From: Vicugna vicugna
Taxonomy: Eukaryota
Reading direction: 5' to 3'
Assembly: GCA_013265495.1 (NCBI GenBank)
Contig: MU057801.1
Coordinates: 2,572,765-2,636,764 of the forward strand
Length of the DNA: 64,000 nucleotides
Below, in pieces: positions 1 to 10,890 of this stretch. The first letter of the stretch is position 1, and each line of letters opens with the position of its first letter. Made by a program: the position numbers and the translations under genes. The notes under the pieces were generated by a model. That model was not told where the DNA came from. It saw nothing but the letters and a program-made list of their open reading frames with translations, and did not search any database.

Positions 1-2272
1 GTCCACCTGTGGTTCCCCAGCCCTGGGGCAGCGGCTCCTGGAGCCGGGCTCCGAGCGAGCCCTACGGAAGGAGGCGGGCGCGGGTGGACGCGGCCTCGGC
101 ACCGCACGGCTGGCCACGGCCTCGGCCACCGCGGGGAGACGCGCCGGGCCCCACCCGGGGACGAGGTGGGCAGCCGCCTGCTGATGCGGCCGGAAGGCGA
201 GTTGGCAGAAGGCAGGCGGCATCCTGGACGGAGCAGGGGCTGTTCAAGCCGGAATAACGATGGAGAGGTTCTCCTCTTTGCAGCTCCTGGTTCTGTATTT
301 CATAGACTGAGGGACAAGTGAAGTGTTGCCTGTTATATAATATAACCATTGCATTACGTAATTCTGTGTCTGTTACAAAGAGCCGTGGGCGAGCGGCGCG
401 GTCGCCGGGTGAGACCCTAGAGCGCGCCCTGAGGACCCCGGAGGCTGAGCCCGGTCCTGTTTTGTCTCTGGGCTGCTGAGTCCGGCTGGGGAGAGGCTCT
501 GTCAGGTCGGAGCGGACAGAAGTCCACACAGGAGAAACGAGCAGGTGGAACTGTGGGCTGAGCTCCACGCACGTGGCAGGCAGGCGGTTCCAGGAAACGG
601 TGCTGAAGGATGCTGACGAGACAGAGATGAAGCTCCACCCACCTCAGCCCCTCTGCTCAGATAGCTCGCAATCCATGACACCCCCGCTGAAGGGGTCGCT
701 TCAAGAAGGAAGGAAGTTCCTCAAGAATGTACACTGTTGTATGTATTTGTTTTAATACTTTTAAAAAGGTCGCTGCAAACTGCTCAGCAGCGATGTTGTG
801 TCTACAACAGCCAGACCCGCGCTGCTGGCTGAGGGTCCCTCACATCAAGGTGCAGGGAAGCCCCCCTGCTCCTGTTAACGCGGATTCCGGCTCGGCGGCT
901 CCAGCCTGACAGGCCCGGGCGGGACCGACGCGCGTTCCCAGCCGCAGCTCAGCTCGGGTGGAGACCGAGCTGCGCCTGCCCCAGGGCGCTGGGGCTCCCG
1001 CCCCCGGGGCGGCGGCAGCTCAGGGGCTCTTCCGGGGGCTCCTCTAACCTGAGACTGTTGTTCCACAGGCGTTCACGGCGTCTGTGCCGCGGACCAGGCG
1101 TTGGGGGTGGGAGGAACCGTGCTTCCCTGGTCTTGGGCGCCGGGCGGGGCTGACAGGGAGGTGGCGTTGGTAGCGGTCACGCTGGCAGAGAAGGATGCTG
1201 TCGGAGGAACCAGAGCACGGCTGCTGGGGGCGCAGCTGAACAGGGAGGGGAGACTGGCTGGTAGAGCAGGTGACTCCGTCCAGGAGGAGGAACTCGAACA
1301 AGTGCCACCGAACATCAGTTGCCTGATGCTCCCAGGAAGATTATTCTGGCCTTGGTGGGACGTCCACCCCGCACAAGGGCCCAGCTTTGAGATCAGCCTG
1401 GCGGCTTCTCCGTGGAAGGAGGAAGATCAGAGAAGCCAGGCGTGTGGACCGGAAACACATGCATAATCGTGCCGTGCTGGCTGGGAGGCGACCAGGCACA
1501 GGGGCCGTGCTCACACACAGCCCGCTTCCCGGGAGCTCGGAGCGTGCTCAGTGGTTCCGGCGCTGACTGCGCTGTGTCCCCAGGGACGAGCACGTCTCAG
1601 CGCACAGCAGGGTCTGCACTGCTTTCTCACCTCTCTTCGTTTGTCACAGTGTCACCTTGATGACACCCTGGTCACCTGTCAACGCTATCAAATTGCTGTT
1701 TTCCAGTTACTCCTCTCTCTCCTCCTCTGCTCAGTCTGGAATTTCAGATTCCTGTAGCTCCCCCCTAAATAAAGCAGCTGTAACGGAAGACAATTCTTAA
1801 ATTGCATAGACAGTCAGAGCACCCCAAAGCCCCGAGGTGGAACCTTTTCCTACAGAACAGTTCTTACCTTGAGGAAGACTTGCCTCCAAAACGCTTAGCT
1901 TGGGTGTCTCCTTTTTCTTAACATTTGCAACTCTAGGAAGGCCCGCGATCTAGGGAGAAGCGTTTAGAAGCCGTCTTAATTGTACCCCAGGAACCTGGAC
2001 GTTCCTCTAGGTCGAGCACCATTGAGGCAGAGAAATTTCCAGTCTGCTTCCTGGGCCCCTGCTGAAGGCCGGTGGCGTGTGTGAGCATTGAGTGAATTCT
2101 AATACGCGCGTTAGAATGTCCTGGAATGTGCGCGTGGATTCCGTGCGCCTGTGGGGAGGTCTGTCCATGCACAGTTAGTGTGGGTCTCCCGTCACACAGC
2201 TTCCAAGTCTGTGTGGGACGTCGGGGAAACCCTTCCTTCCTTGGTGCATGTTGTCTGCTCGGATGAGGAGCC

Positions 2273-2637
2273 GTGGGCCGGGGGGGCCAGCCCCATGTCC
2301 CTGTGGCCGGGCTGGTGTGGGGGTCCACATGGGGGTCTGGGGGGGCCAGCCCCATCTCCCCGTGGCCGGGCTGGTGTGGGGGTCCACATGGGGGTCTGGG
2401 GGGGCCAGCCCCATCTCCCCGTGGCCGGGCTGGTGTGGGGGTCCACATGGGGGTCTGGGGGGGCCAGCCCCATCTCCCCGTGGCCGGGCTGGTGTGGGGG
2501 TCCACATGGGGGTCTGGGGGGGCCAGCCCCATCTCCCCGTGGCCGGGCTGGTGTGGGGGTCCACATGGGGGTCTGGGGGGGCCAGCCCCATCTCCCCGTG
2601 GCCGGGCTGGTGTGGGGGTCCACATGGAGTCTGGGGG
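2273..2637. repeat. G-rich 59-bp minisatellite, ~6 copies
   Basis: The unit gtggccgggctggtgtgggggtccacatgggggtctgggg...ccagccccatctcccc recurs at 2303, 2362, 2421, 2480, 2539 and 2598. Confidence 0.97.
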
Positions 2638-2971
2638 CAGCTGGGACCACGGGTTTCTCTCGAGCTGCAGTGGTTCCAGTCCCTGCAGCGTCTCCTTCAT
2701 CTGGAAGCAGAGACTTTGCAGAGGTGCGGGGAAGGCTCGCGCTGGCCGGGTGCCTGGGGAGTCCTCCTAAAACTGGCAGACGAGGGAGCGCCAGACCAGC
2801 GACACGGCCACGCCGAAACATCTCGGGTCTGGACAATGGGCAGCTTTTCAGGTGTGGTTTTCTTGTCTCATCTGTGTGTCCTCCTCCTTCAGGAGAAATG
2901 GGCCCCATGAGGCAAGCGTGACCCTCGCGTCCAGCCCTCCAGCCTGCCACCCGCCCGGCAGAGCCAGCGTC

Positions 2972-3451
2972 ATGGCCAGCGTCCTGGAGCAGGAGAGCGC
3001 GCTGGTGCGTGGCAAGCTCAGCGAGGCCGGCAGGAGGAACGGCTTGATCAACACCCGGAGCTTCACGGCCGAGGGCAGGGACGGCCGGGCGTCCGTGTAC
3101 CCCGCACACCAGTGCCAGGGCGGCCGGGGGGCGGACAGCGCAGCCCCGGCCGCCCTGCACGGCAGCAGGAACGAGCCACTCCAGCAGCTGCTGGACCCCA
3201 ACACCCTCCAGCAGTCGGTGGAGTCCCACTACCGCCCCAACATCATCCTCTACTCCGAGGGTGTGCTGCGCTCCTGGGGGGACGGCGTGGCCGCCGACTG
3301 CTGTGAGACCACCTTCATCGAGGACCGGTCGCCCCCCAAAGAGAGCCTGGAGTACCCCGACAGCAAGTTCATTGACCTCTCGGCTGAAGACATGAAAATC
3401 CACACTCTGTCCTACGACGTGGAGGAGGAGGAGGAGTTCCAGGAGCTGGAG
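2972..3451 (+). CDS. SYNDIG1: SYNDIG1 first coding exon (aa 1-160), cytoplasmic N-terminal region
   Basis: Translates MASVLEQESALVRGKLSEAGRRNGLINTR...QQLLDPNTLQQSVESHYRPNIILYSEGVLRSWGDGVAADCCETTFIEDRSP...HTLSYDVEEEEEFQELE, recognisably SynDIG1. The acceptor ctcctccttcag ends at 2892 (exon starts 2893, 5'UTR to 2971). ATG context is gtcATGg. Donor GTcagg at 3452. 480 nt, phase 0. Confidence 0.97.
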
Positions 3452-4829
3452 GTCAGGGCGTGCGGCCGCCGTGGGCCTTGGGGACGGGCTGCAGGCGGGG
3501 TGCGGCGGAGCGCCAGGGTGGGGCAGTGCAGAGAAACCAAGGCCTTGGGTGCCCCTCACTCGGAATATCTGTGGAAGACGGAAGGACGGAGGTGGAGGCA
3601 AGGTCCAGGCCACAGGGGCTCTGGTCAGCGAGGACCCGTGGTCGCGGCCGTCGGGCGGGGCTGAGGGATTAAGGGTTGACAGTGCTGCCCACTTGGCGGG
3701 GACCCTGCTGTCCCCATGGCCACAGGGGAGAGTGTCTCCGGCAAAGCGAGCAGGTGAGGGAGGGCGTGTGGTCCCAGGTCGCATGAGGCTGGGAGTGCAT
3801 GTGTGGGGACAGCTGGGGACATGTTTGCTGCCATGAGTGGCTTCTTTGGTTTGCTGTTCCAGAAATAGCTGACCTGCTGGAAGAAGTAGTTGAAGTTGAT
3901 GGTTTAAGGGCAGATGAGCCGAATTATCTCTGAGTCCTGTCTTCAGTCGACGGGAGGGCGGCCGGCCCCGGACCACACGCTCAGAGATCACACAGCAGCC
4001 CCGGGCAGGGAGGGGGAGATGCCGCTGGGTCTGAGCGGAGGTCACACGTGCACCCCAGCCTGGGGCGGTCCCTTCTCTGCAGGCTGGAGCCGGCTCTCCC
4101 AGGACATGGGGCGGGAGGGGGGCCATCGGGAGGGAAGGGCCTCAGGAGGGCGGGAAAGGAGGTCTGTTTGTGGCTTTGATGTAGGTGGAGGGATGCGTCC
4201 CCCGCAGAGGACGCAGGGTCAGGGCTGGGGGGCAGGCACGTGTGTCCAGGCCTTTCCCGAGGAGCCGGCGCGCTGCTGTCCGAGGCGGTTACCCACCCAA
4301 GTGCTCTGGGCTGAAGAGGAAGGAGACCAGGCCGTGCTAGTGGAGGCTCAGCGGAGCCCGGGAGTCACCTCAGGGTGGACACCCAAGGGCAGGGGTTTTC
4401 ATATTAAAAGTGGGTGTTTAGTTCCAACAAATGCTTTTTCTGTGTCATCACGGTGGCCCTTTGGGTCCCTTACCCTGTGGACGTGACCATTTCATTAACT
4501 GACTTTCATGCATCAGACAGTCCTTACATTTGGGGACGAACGCCCCGAGCCGGGGCAGAGGCCCCCCTAAGTACCGCTGGGCTCTCCGTGCTGGCGGCTT
4601 GGTGGGGGCTTTGGTTTCTGCGCACGAGGCTCTTGGTCTGCAGTCTTCCTCCCCCGTGTCTTTGTCTGGCTTTGGTGTCAGGGTGACCTGGCCCCCAGGC
4701 TGACCCGGGAAGCGGTTCCTCTTCTCTCCGCAAGACCCTGCATTGGTGTTTTCTCTTTTCGAGTGTGTGTCTGCTGTCACCGAGACTCCTCTGCGCCGGG
4801 CTCTTCTCTGCAGAAAGATCTTCACTTTC

Positions 4830-6620
4830 TGGTCAGACCTGGTTTCTTTGTTGTTGTGAAGAAAATCTTCAGGTTTTCCTTTCTTCTTGGCTCAGTTTTG
4901 TCATTTGTGTCACACTAGGAATTTGTTTTTTAGCGATGTCGCCCTAACTTGTCGGCATAATGTCATTCATAACTTTCCGTTAAAGGCTTACTTTCTGTAC
5001 AGTTGGTGACGTCTCCTCTTTCGTGCCTGATTTTGGTGAGTTGAGTTTTTCCATTTTTCCCTCGGTCAGTCTGGCCACAGGGTTATCAATTTTGTTCACC
5101 TCCTCAAGCCGCTGACCTCTGGTTCCTCTGACTTGCCTCTGGCTTTTCTGTTTTCCACTTCAATGATTTGCACTCAGATATTTATGATTTTTTGCCTCTG
5201 TTTCCTATGGGATAAATTTGTTCCTTTTTAATCTAGTTTCTTTAGGTAGGACCTTAGTTCTCAGTTTGAGATTTTTTTTCTTCTGTAATGCATGTACTTA
5301 AAGCTATAACTTTCATAGCAGCACTATATATGACAGCCAAGACATGGAAACAACCTAAGTGTCCATCGACAGGTGACTCGATAAAGAAGCTGTGGTATGT
5401 TTATACAATGGAATACTACTCAGCCATAAAAAAGAATGAAATAATGCCATTTGCAGCAACATGGATGTTCCTAGAGAATGTCATTCTAAGTGAAGTAAGC
5501 CAGAAAGAGAAAGAAAAATACCACATGTTAGCACTCATGTGTGGAATCTTAAAAACACAAAAAAAGGAGAAAGAGGACACTAATGAGCTCATCTACAAAA
5601 CAGAAACAGACTCGCAGACACAGTAAACAATTTTATGGTTACCAGGGGAAAGGGGATGGGAAGGGATAAATTAGGGAATTTCAGATTTACAAATATTAAC
5701 CACTAAAAATAGATAAACAACAGATTTCTTCTGTAGAGCACAGGGAGCTACGTTCAATATCTTGTAACAACCTTTAATGAAAAAGAGTATGAAAATGAAT
5801 ACACGTCTGTATGTGCAGGACTGGGACGTGGTGCCGTACCCCAGAAATTGACACATTGTAACTGACTGTACTTCAATTTAAAAAAACAGTAATAAAGCTA
5901 CAACTTTCAAACCCTGTTTTAACTGCATCCTGTAAATCGGATAGATTGTGCTTCATTTTCTAGTTAGCTCAGAATAGCTTCTAGCCTAGTTGTGATTTCT
6001 TTTTATACTAATGGGCTCTTCATAAAAGTGTTGTTTACCTTCCACACACTCAGGGACTTCCCACATTCTGCCTGTCATTTACTCCCAGTTTAGCTTCACG
6101 TGGTTGAAGAGCGGAGTTTGTGTAATTCCTCTTCTCCGTGTGCTGAGATGCGAGGTGTGGCCTCACGTCCTTGCTCTGGGGATGTGCCTCGCGCCCGCGT
6201 GGGGGCACACGTGCTTGTCTCTGTGTGACGAGTCCGCTGAGCGTCTGCCGGGTCCCGCTGGCCGTGCCGTTCGCACTTCCTGTTCTTACTGCTTGTCTGC
6301 CTGGCTGTCCCATCCGTTCTGTGTGGTTTTGCTTCACAGACGTTGGGCTCTGCTGCTCGGTGCATGTACATTTGTAATTATCGTATCTTGCTGAAGTGCC
6401 GACCGGCTTATCACGGTGAAATGCCCCTCCTGGCGGCTGATAATACCGCTCGCCTTCGGGTCTGTTTTGTGTGACGTTGGCGCCGCTGCTCCGGCTGTCT
6501 AGTTACCACCGTTTGCATGAGGTAGCTTTTCCCACCTTTTAGCGTAGAGTTTGTTTCTGTGTCAGAATTTAAAGCGTGTCCGTGGATGGTTGACAATTTT
6601 GTCCAGCCGTTTCTCTGACT
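4830..6620 (-). mobile_element. Old L1 ORF2 (endonuclease-proximal) relic, interrupted by a younger L1
   Basis: Typical antisense L1 ORF2 motifs: ggtcagtctggccacagggttatcaattttgttc, ctgttttaactgcatcctg, ggtgcatgtacatttgtaattatcgtatcttgctg. Confidence 0.7.
5312..5892 (+). mobile_element. Younger 5'-truncated L1 3' end with target-site duplication
   Basis: ORF2 C-terminus [20 protein letters not shown]...YTMEYYSAIKKNEIMPFAATW, then the 3'UTR and an A-rich tail. The TSD taaagcta(t/c)aactttca is at 5299-5315 and 5893-5909. Confidence 0.92.
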
Positions 6621-8597
6621 TGCCCACCTGCTGGCTGTGCCCCCAGAAGCCTCACAGGGTGTTGTCTGAGATGCTAGGTGCATTTTCCCGCAGACGCAAG
6701 ATACGGACAAAGAATATGTTCGGATGTCCACAGATGGCTCGGGGTTAGGTTAAGAATTTCAATCGAATGAATTATCTTTCAATAATGTGACCTATGTCCA
6801 CATCTGGAAATTACATTTACCTTTATGAAATAAGTATTTTGAGGGCGTGCTAAACACTTAAAATTTCCACAGACAAATCCAGGAATACGACGTGAAATAT
6901 AAACATGACTGGAGTCGTAGCATGCCACCTACCATTTTAATTTTCTGTGTCAAGGAAGACTCTCATTTAAAGGTGGGCTTACGGCATGTTTCTGGCCCAA
7001 TAAAAATCAACACCTTTATAGCTTCATCTTACATATGCCAGGAAAAGGCACTGGCGTGTGTAATTACAGCCAATCTGATTCGGAGAGACTCTGCAAGCTG
7101 AGAGACCCATCTGTCATAATAACACGAGGGGACCGTTTGTCGTATTTCTCCAAGACACTTTCCGATAAGCAGAAGGGTGGGGGCATCGCACCAAATCTGT
7201 GCGCTCGGGAAACAAAAGCCTCTGAACTTTCTCCAGCTCGCGCCTCTCTGCTCTCTAGGCTGTGGCTTCTGAGCCCCTGCTCAGACCTGGGGAGAGGAGA
7301 GAGCTGTTATCTGTGGCCACGTCCACAAAGGGAGTCGTCACCAGAGGGTGGGAACCTTCCTCCTGCGAGGCTGCACGCATTGTGATGGAACCGGCTCCGT
7401 GCGCTTGCAGGGAGCTGGGAGCCAGGCGCGCACACGGTGAAGGTGTTTCGGATGACAGTGAAAGGAAGGGCCCGGACCCGGGGAGCCCCTCCCAGGCCCG
7501 CCTTGGAGCAAATACCAGTAAACGTGGTGCTAACCCAAACGGCGGTTCCATAAATCCTCCCCAGGCTTAGCTGAAGGTTCACCCGTTTCAAGCGACACTC
7601 ACGTGAACAAAACCCAGCCCCAAAAGGACCCTTTGGAGACGCAGCTTCTGCTCGATGTTCGTGAAACGGGTCTCCTCTCGGGCCGGCCGCTGACTTCTGT
7701 GTTCGGTGGCCTGCACGTGTATGGAAGGCCCCCTAACCTTGGCCGGCATGGACCACGACGCTCTTCCACTCGGTGCGTCGTAACAAGAGCTCCAGTTTGT
7801 TAGAGGAAGCACCTCCTCTGAACTCCAGGCACTGGTGACGACGCCCGGCTTTGGGGCCTCAGGGAGCATTGCCCTTATGCCGTGGTTCTTGTACTGTCTG
7901 TCCGTCCTGCTGCAGGAAAACAATAGCAGAATAAACGCAAAAATCCAAGGTGAGCCCAATTTTATGAGAGCCAATACTTTCCATTTTTCCCCCTCGCAAA
8001 CCATCTCACAATGTTTGTTTAAAACAGAAGGAAATTCACAGGCAGTTTGGGTGCATCTTGGGCTCCGAGAGGCAGAAAGAAGCTGATGGGCTGGGGACCG
8101 GCTCCCATGCGCTTGCGTGAAGCTTGACTTCTGTGACAAGAGGCACGAGGCTTGTGTGAGGACGTTCAGAGGGTCGAACCGATGGACAAGTAAGAGAGAC
8201 TCTGTCTGTTCGGAGGGAGAGCCGGCACCTTGCCCTGTGGCCCGGGCAGCAGGGCGCAGCCGGTGCGCGTCCTCACCTGCAGGAGACGGACACCGAGGAG
8301 GAAGAAAGAGGCCTCACCGTCCAAGGTGCTGAGGGTCCCCGTCCGGGCTCACCCTCCACGAGTGGCTGTCCCTGCTCCGCAGGGGGAGGAAGAGGGGTGG
8401 TCCTGCCTTGGCCGTCCCGGGGGTCGGGGCTGGCTGAGGGTCCCAGGAGGAAGGATGCTGGGAACCGCGTCATGTATGACGAGCCCATCGCTGGGGCAGC
8501 AGGAGAACTGCCTCTTCCAGCCGGAACATCAATCGTAGGAAGCTGTGCTTTCAGGGGTGATTTCTACAGGTCATCACCAGAGGAGGTAATGATGCGG

Positions 8598-9590
8598 CTG
8601 ACAAGGGCTTAGCTTCCAGCACATGCAAACAGCGCACACAGCTTAATACCAAAAAAGCAAACCACCCAATCCAAAAAGGGCAGAAGACCCAAACAAGCAG
8701 TTCTCCAGTGAAGACATACAAATGATCAATAGGCCCATGAAAAAATGCTCAGTATCACTAATTATCAGAGAAATGCAAATCAAAACTACAATGAGGCATC
8801 ACCTCACACCAGTCAGAATGGCCGTCATTCAAAAATCCACAAATGACAAATGCTGGAGAGGCTGTGGAGAAAGGGGAACCCTCCTACACTGCTGGTGGGA
8901 ATGCAGTTTGGTGCAGCCACTGTGGAAAACAGTGTGGAGATTCCTCAAAAGACTAGGAATAGACTTACCGTATGACCCAGGAATCCCACTCCTGGAAGGA
9001 ACCCTACTTCAGGATGACACTTGCACCCCAGTGTTCATAGAAGCATTATTTACAATAGCCAAGACATGGAAACAGCCTAAATGTCCATCAACAGATGACT
9101 GAATAAAGAAGAGGTGGTATATTTATACAATGGAATACTATTCAACCATAAAACCGACAACATAACACCATTTGCAGCAACATGGATGCTTCTGGAAAAT
9201 GTCATTCTAAGTGAAGTAAGCCAGAAAGAGAAAGAAAAATACCAAATGAGATCACTCATATGTGGAATCTAAAAAAAATGACACAAATGAATTTATTTAC
9301 AAAACAGAAACAGACTCACAGACATAGAGAACAAACTTACGGTTACCAGGGGGGAAAGGGATGGGAAGGGATAAATTGGGAGTTTGGGATTTGCAGACAC
9401 TGACTGCTATATATACAACAAACAAGGTCCCACTGTACAGAGCAAGGAACTATACTCCATACCTTGTAGTGACCTGTAACGGAAATGAACGTGTGTGTGC
9501 ACGTGTGGCAGAACCACTCTACGTGCCCCGGACCTTGACACAACATTGTGAGCTGACTCTCCTGCGATTAGAAAAGAAAGAAAGAAAGAA
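8598..9590 (+). mobile_element. 5'-truncated L1 (ORF2 C-terminal cysteine-rich region + 3'UTR, GAAA tail)
   Basis: ORF 8722-9102 [19 protein letters not shown]...[19 protein letters not shown]...[12 protein letters not shown] is the L1 ORF2 C-terminus. The 3'UTR resembles 5312-5892. Confidence 0.93.
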
Positions 9591-10129
9591 ACCTCAAGTC
9601 TGGGAAGTGGAGAGGCACCGGGGATCCGTGGAGGTCTGTGCCGTCATCAAACGCGCAGAGTACGTGAAGTCAGGGGACCGGCCTCGGGGCCGAAAGAAGC
9701 ACATTTAGAAGCAGAACCTGTCGCTGGAATCGCAACCTCCCCTCAGAGGCCCCACAGACGTCCACGCTGCCAACCACAGCTGCAAAGAGGCGGTGTGTCG
9801 GGGAGGCCGGGGTGGAGGCAAGGTGAGATGGGGTGGGCCGTCTGGGCCTTGAGGTCAATTCCCAGAGGACGGCGTCCTCCCAGCACACCGTCCAGCGCCC
9901 TCCGGCCGGGCAGGGCGGAGTCTGGAGGCGTGTCCATCAGCACATTGTATGGGATTTTCCTCTCATGTTCTTCTTGAAAGTTGAGGTGAAATTAAGCCTT
10001 TATAGGCTTGTCCATTAGTGTCTCCTCTTCCAGTGCTTCTGGTTTTGTCCCTTTTGAAATACCGTCAGGCAGCAGATCACCCACCCAAAGAGGGTTCAGT
10101 AAAGGGCAGCCCTGCGGGCGCCCGTGAGC

Positions 10130-10890
10130 CGTGCCCTGCCCGCCCTGCCCCATCCCCAGCACCAGGGCCTCCCTGTCCAGTGCCCTGCCCGCCCCCCCAA
10201 TNNNNNNNNNNNNNNNNNNNNNNNNNNNNNNNNNNNNNNNNNNNNNNNNNNNNNNNNNNNNNNNNNNNNNNNNNNNNNNNNNNNNNNNNNNNNNNNNNNN
10301 NNNNNNNNNNNNNNNNNNNNNNNNNNNNNNNNNNNNNNNNNNNNNNNNNNNNNNNNNNNNNNNNNNNNNNNNNNNNNNNNNNNNNNNNNNNNNNNNNNNN
10401 NNNNNNNNNNNNNNNNNNNNNNNNNNNNNNNNNNNNNNNNNNNNNNNNNNNNNNNNNNNNNNNNNNNNNNNNNNNNNNNNNNNNNNNNNNNNNNNNNNNN
10501 NNNNNNNNNNNNNNNNNNNNNNNNNNNNNNNNNNNNNNNNNNNNNNNNNNNNNNNNNNNNNNNNNNNNNNNNNNNNNNNNNNNNNNNNNNNNNNNNNNNN
10601 NNNNNNNNNNNNNNNNNNNNNNNNNNNNNNNNNNNNNNNNNNNNNNNNNNNNNNNNNNNNNNNNNNNNNNNNNNNNNNNNNNNNNNNNNNNNNNNNNNNN
10701 NNNNNNNNNNNNNNNNNNNNNNNNNNNNNNNNNNNNNNNNNNNNNNNNNNNNNNNNNNNNNNNNNNNNNNNNNNNNNNNNNNNNNNNNNNNNNNNNNNNN
10801 NNNNNNNNNNNNNNNNNNCCCCTCCACCCCCACCCCATCCCCAGCACCCGGGCCTCCCCGTCCCCAGCACCCGGGCCTCCCCATCCCGGG
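10130..10890. repeat. C-rich ~23-bp minisatellite flanking (and probably filling) an assembly gap
   Basis: ccccatccccagcacc(a/c)gggcctccc occurs on both sides of the N run 10202-10818. Right of the gap, units start at 10838, 10861 and 10884. Confidence 0.65.

Noticed and set aside
2852..2971. N-terminal extension of SYNDIG1 suggested by ORF 2852-3664
   Set aside because: It starts at a non-ATG codon in the intron's polypyrimidine tract, upstream of the 2892 acceptor; homology begins at ATG 2972.
2192..4126. 644-aa minus-strand ORF, and other long ORFs over 1933-2921
   Set aside because: It is the antisense shadow of the GC3-rich SYNDIG1 exon joined to a stop-free G/C minisatellite; no protein family is recognisable.
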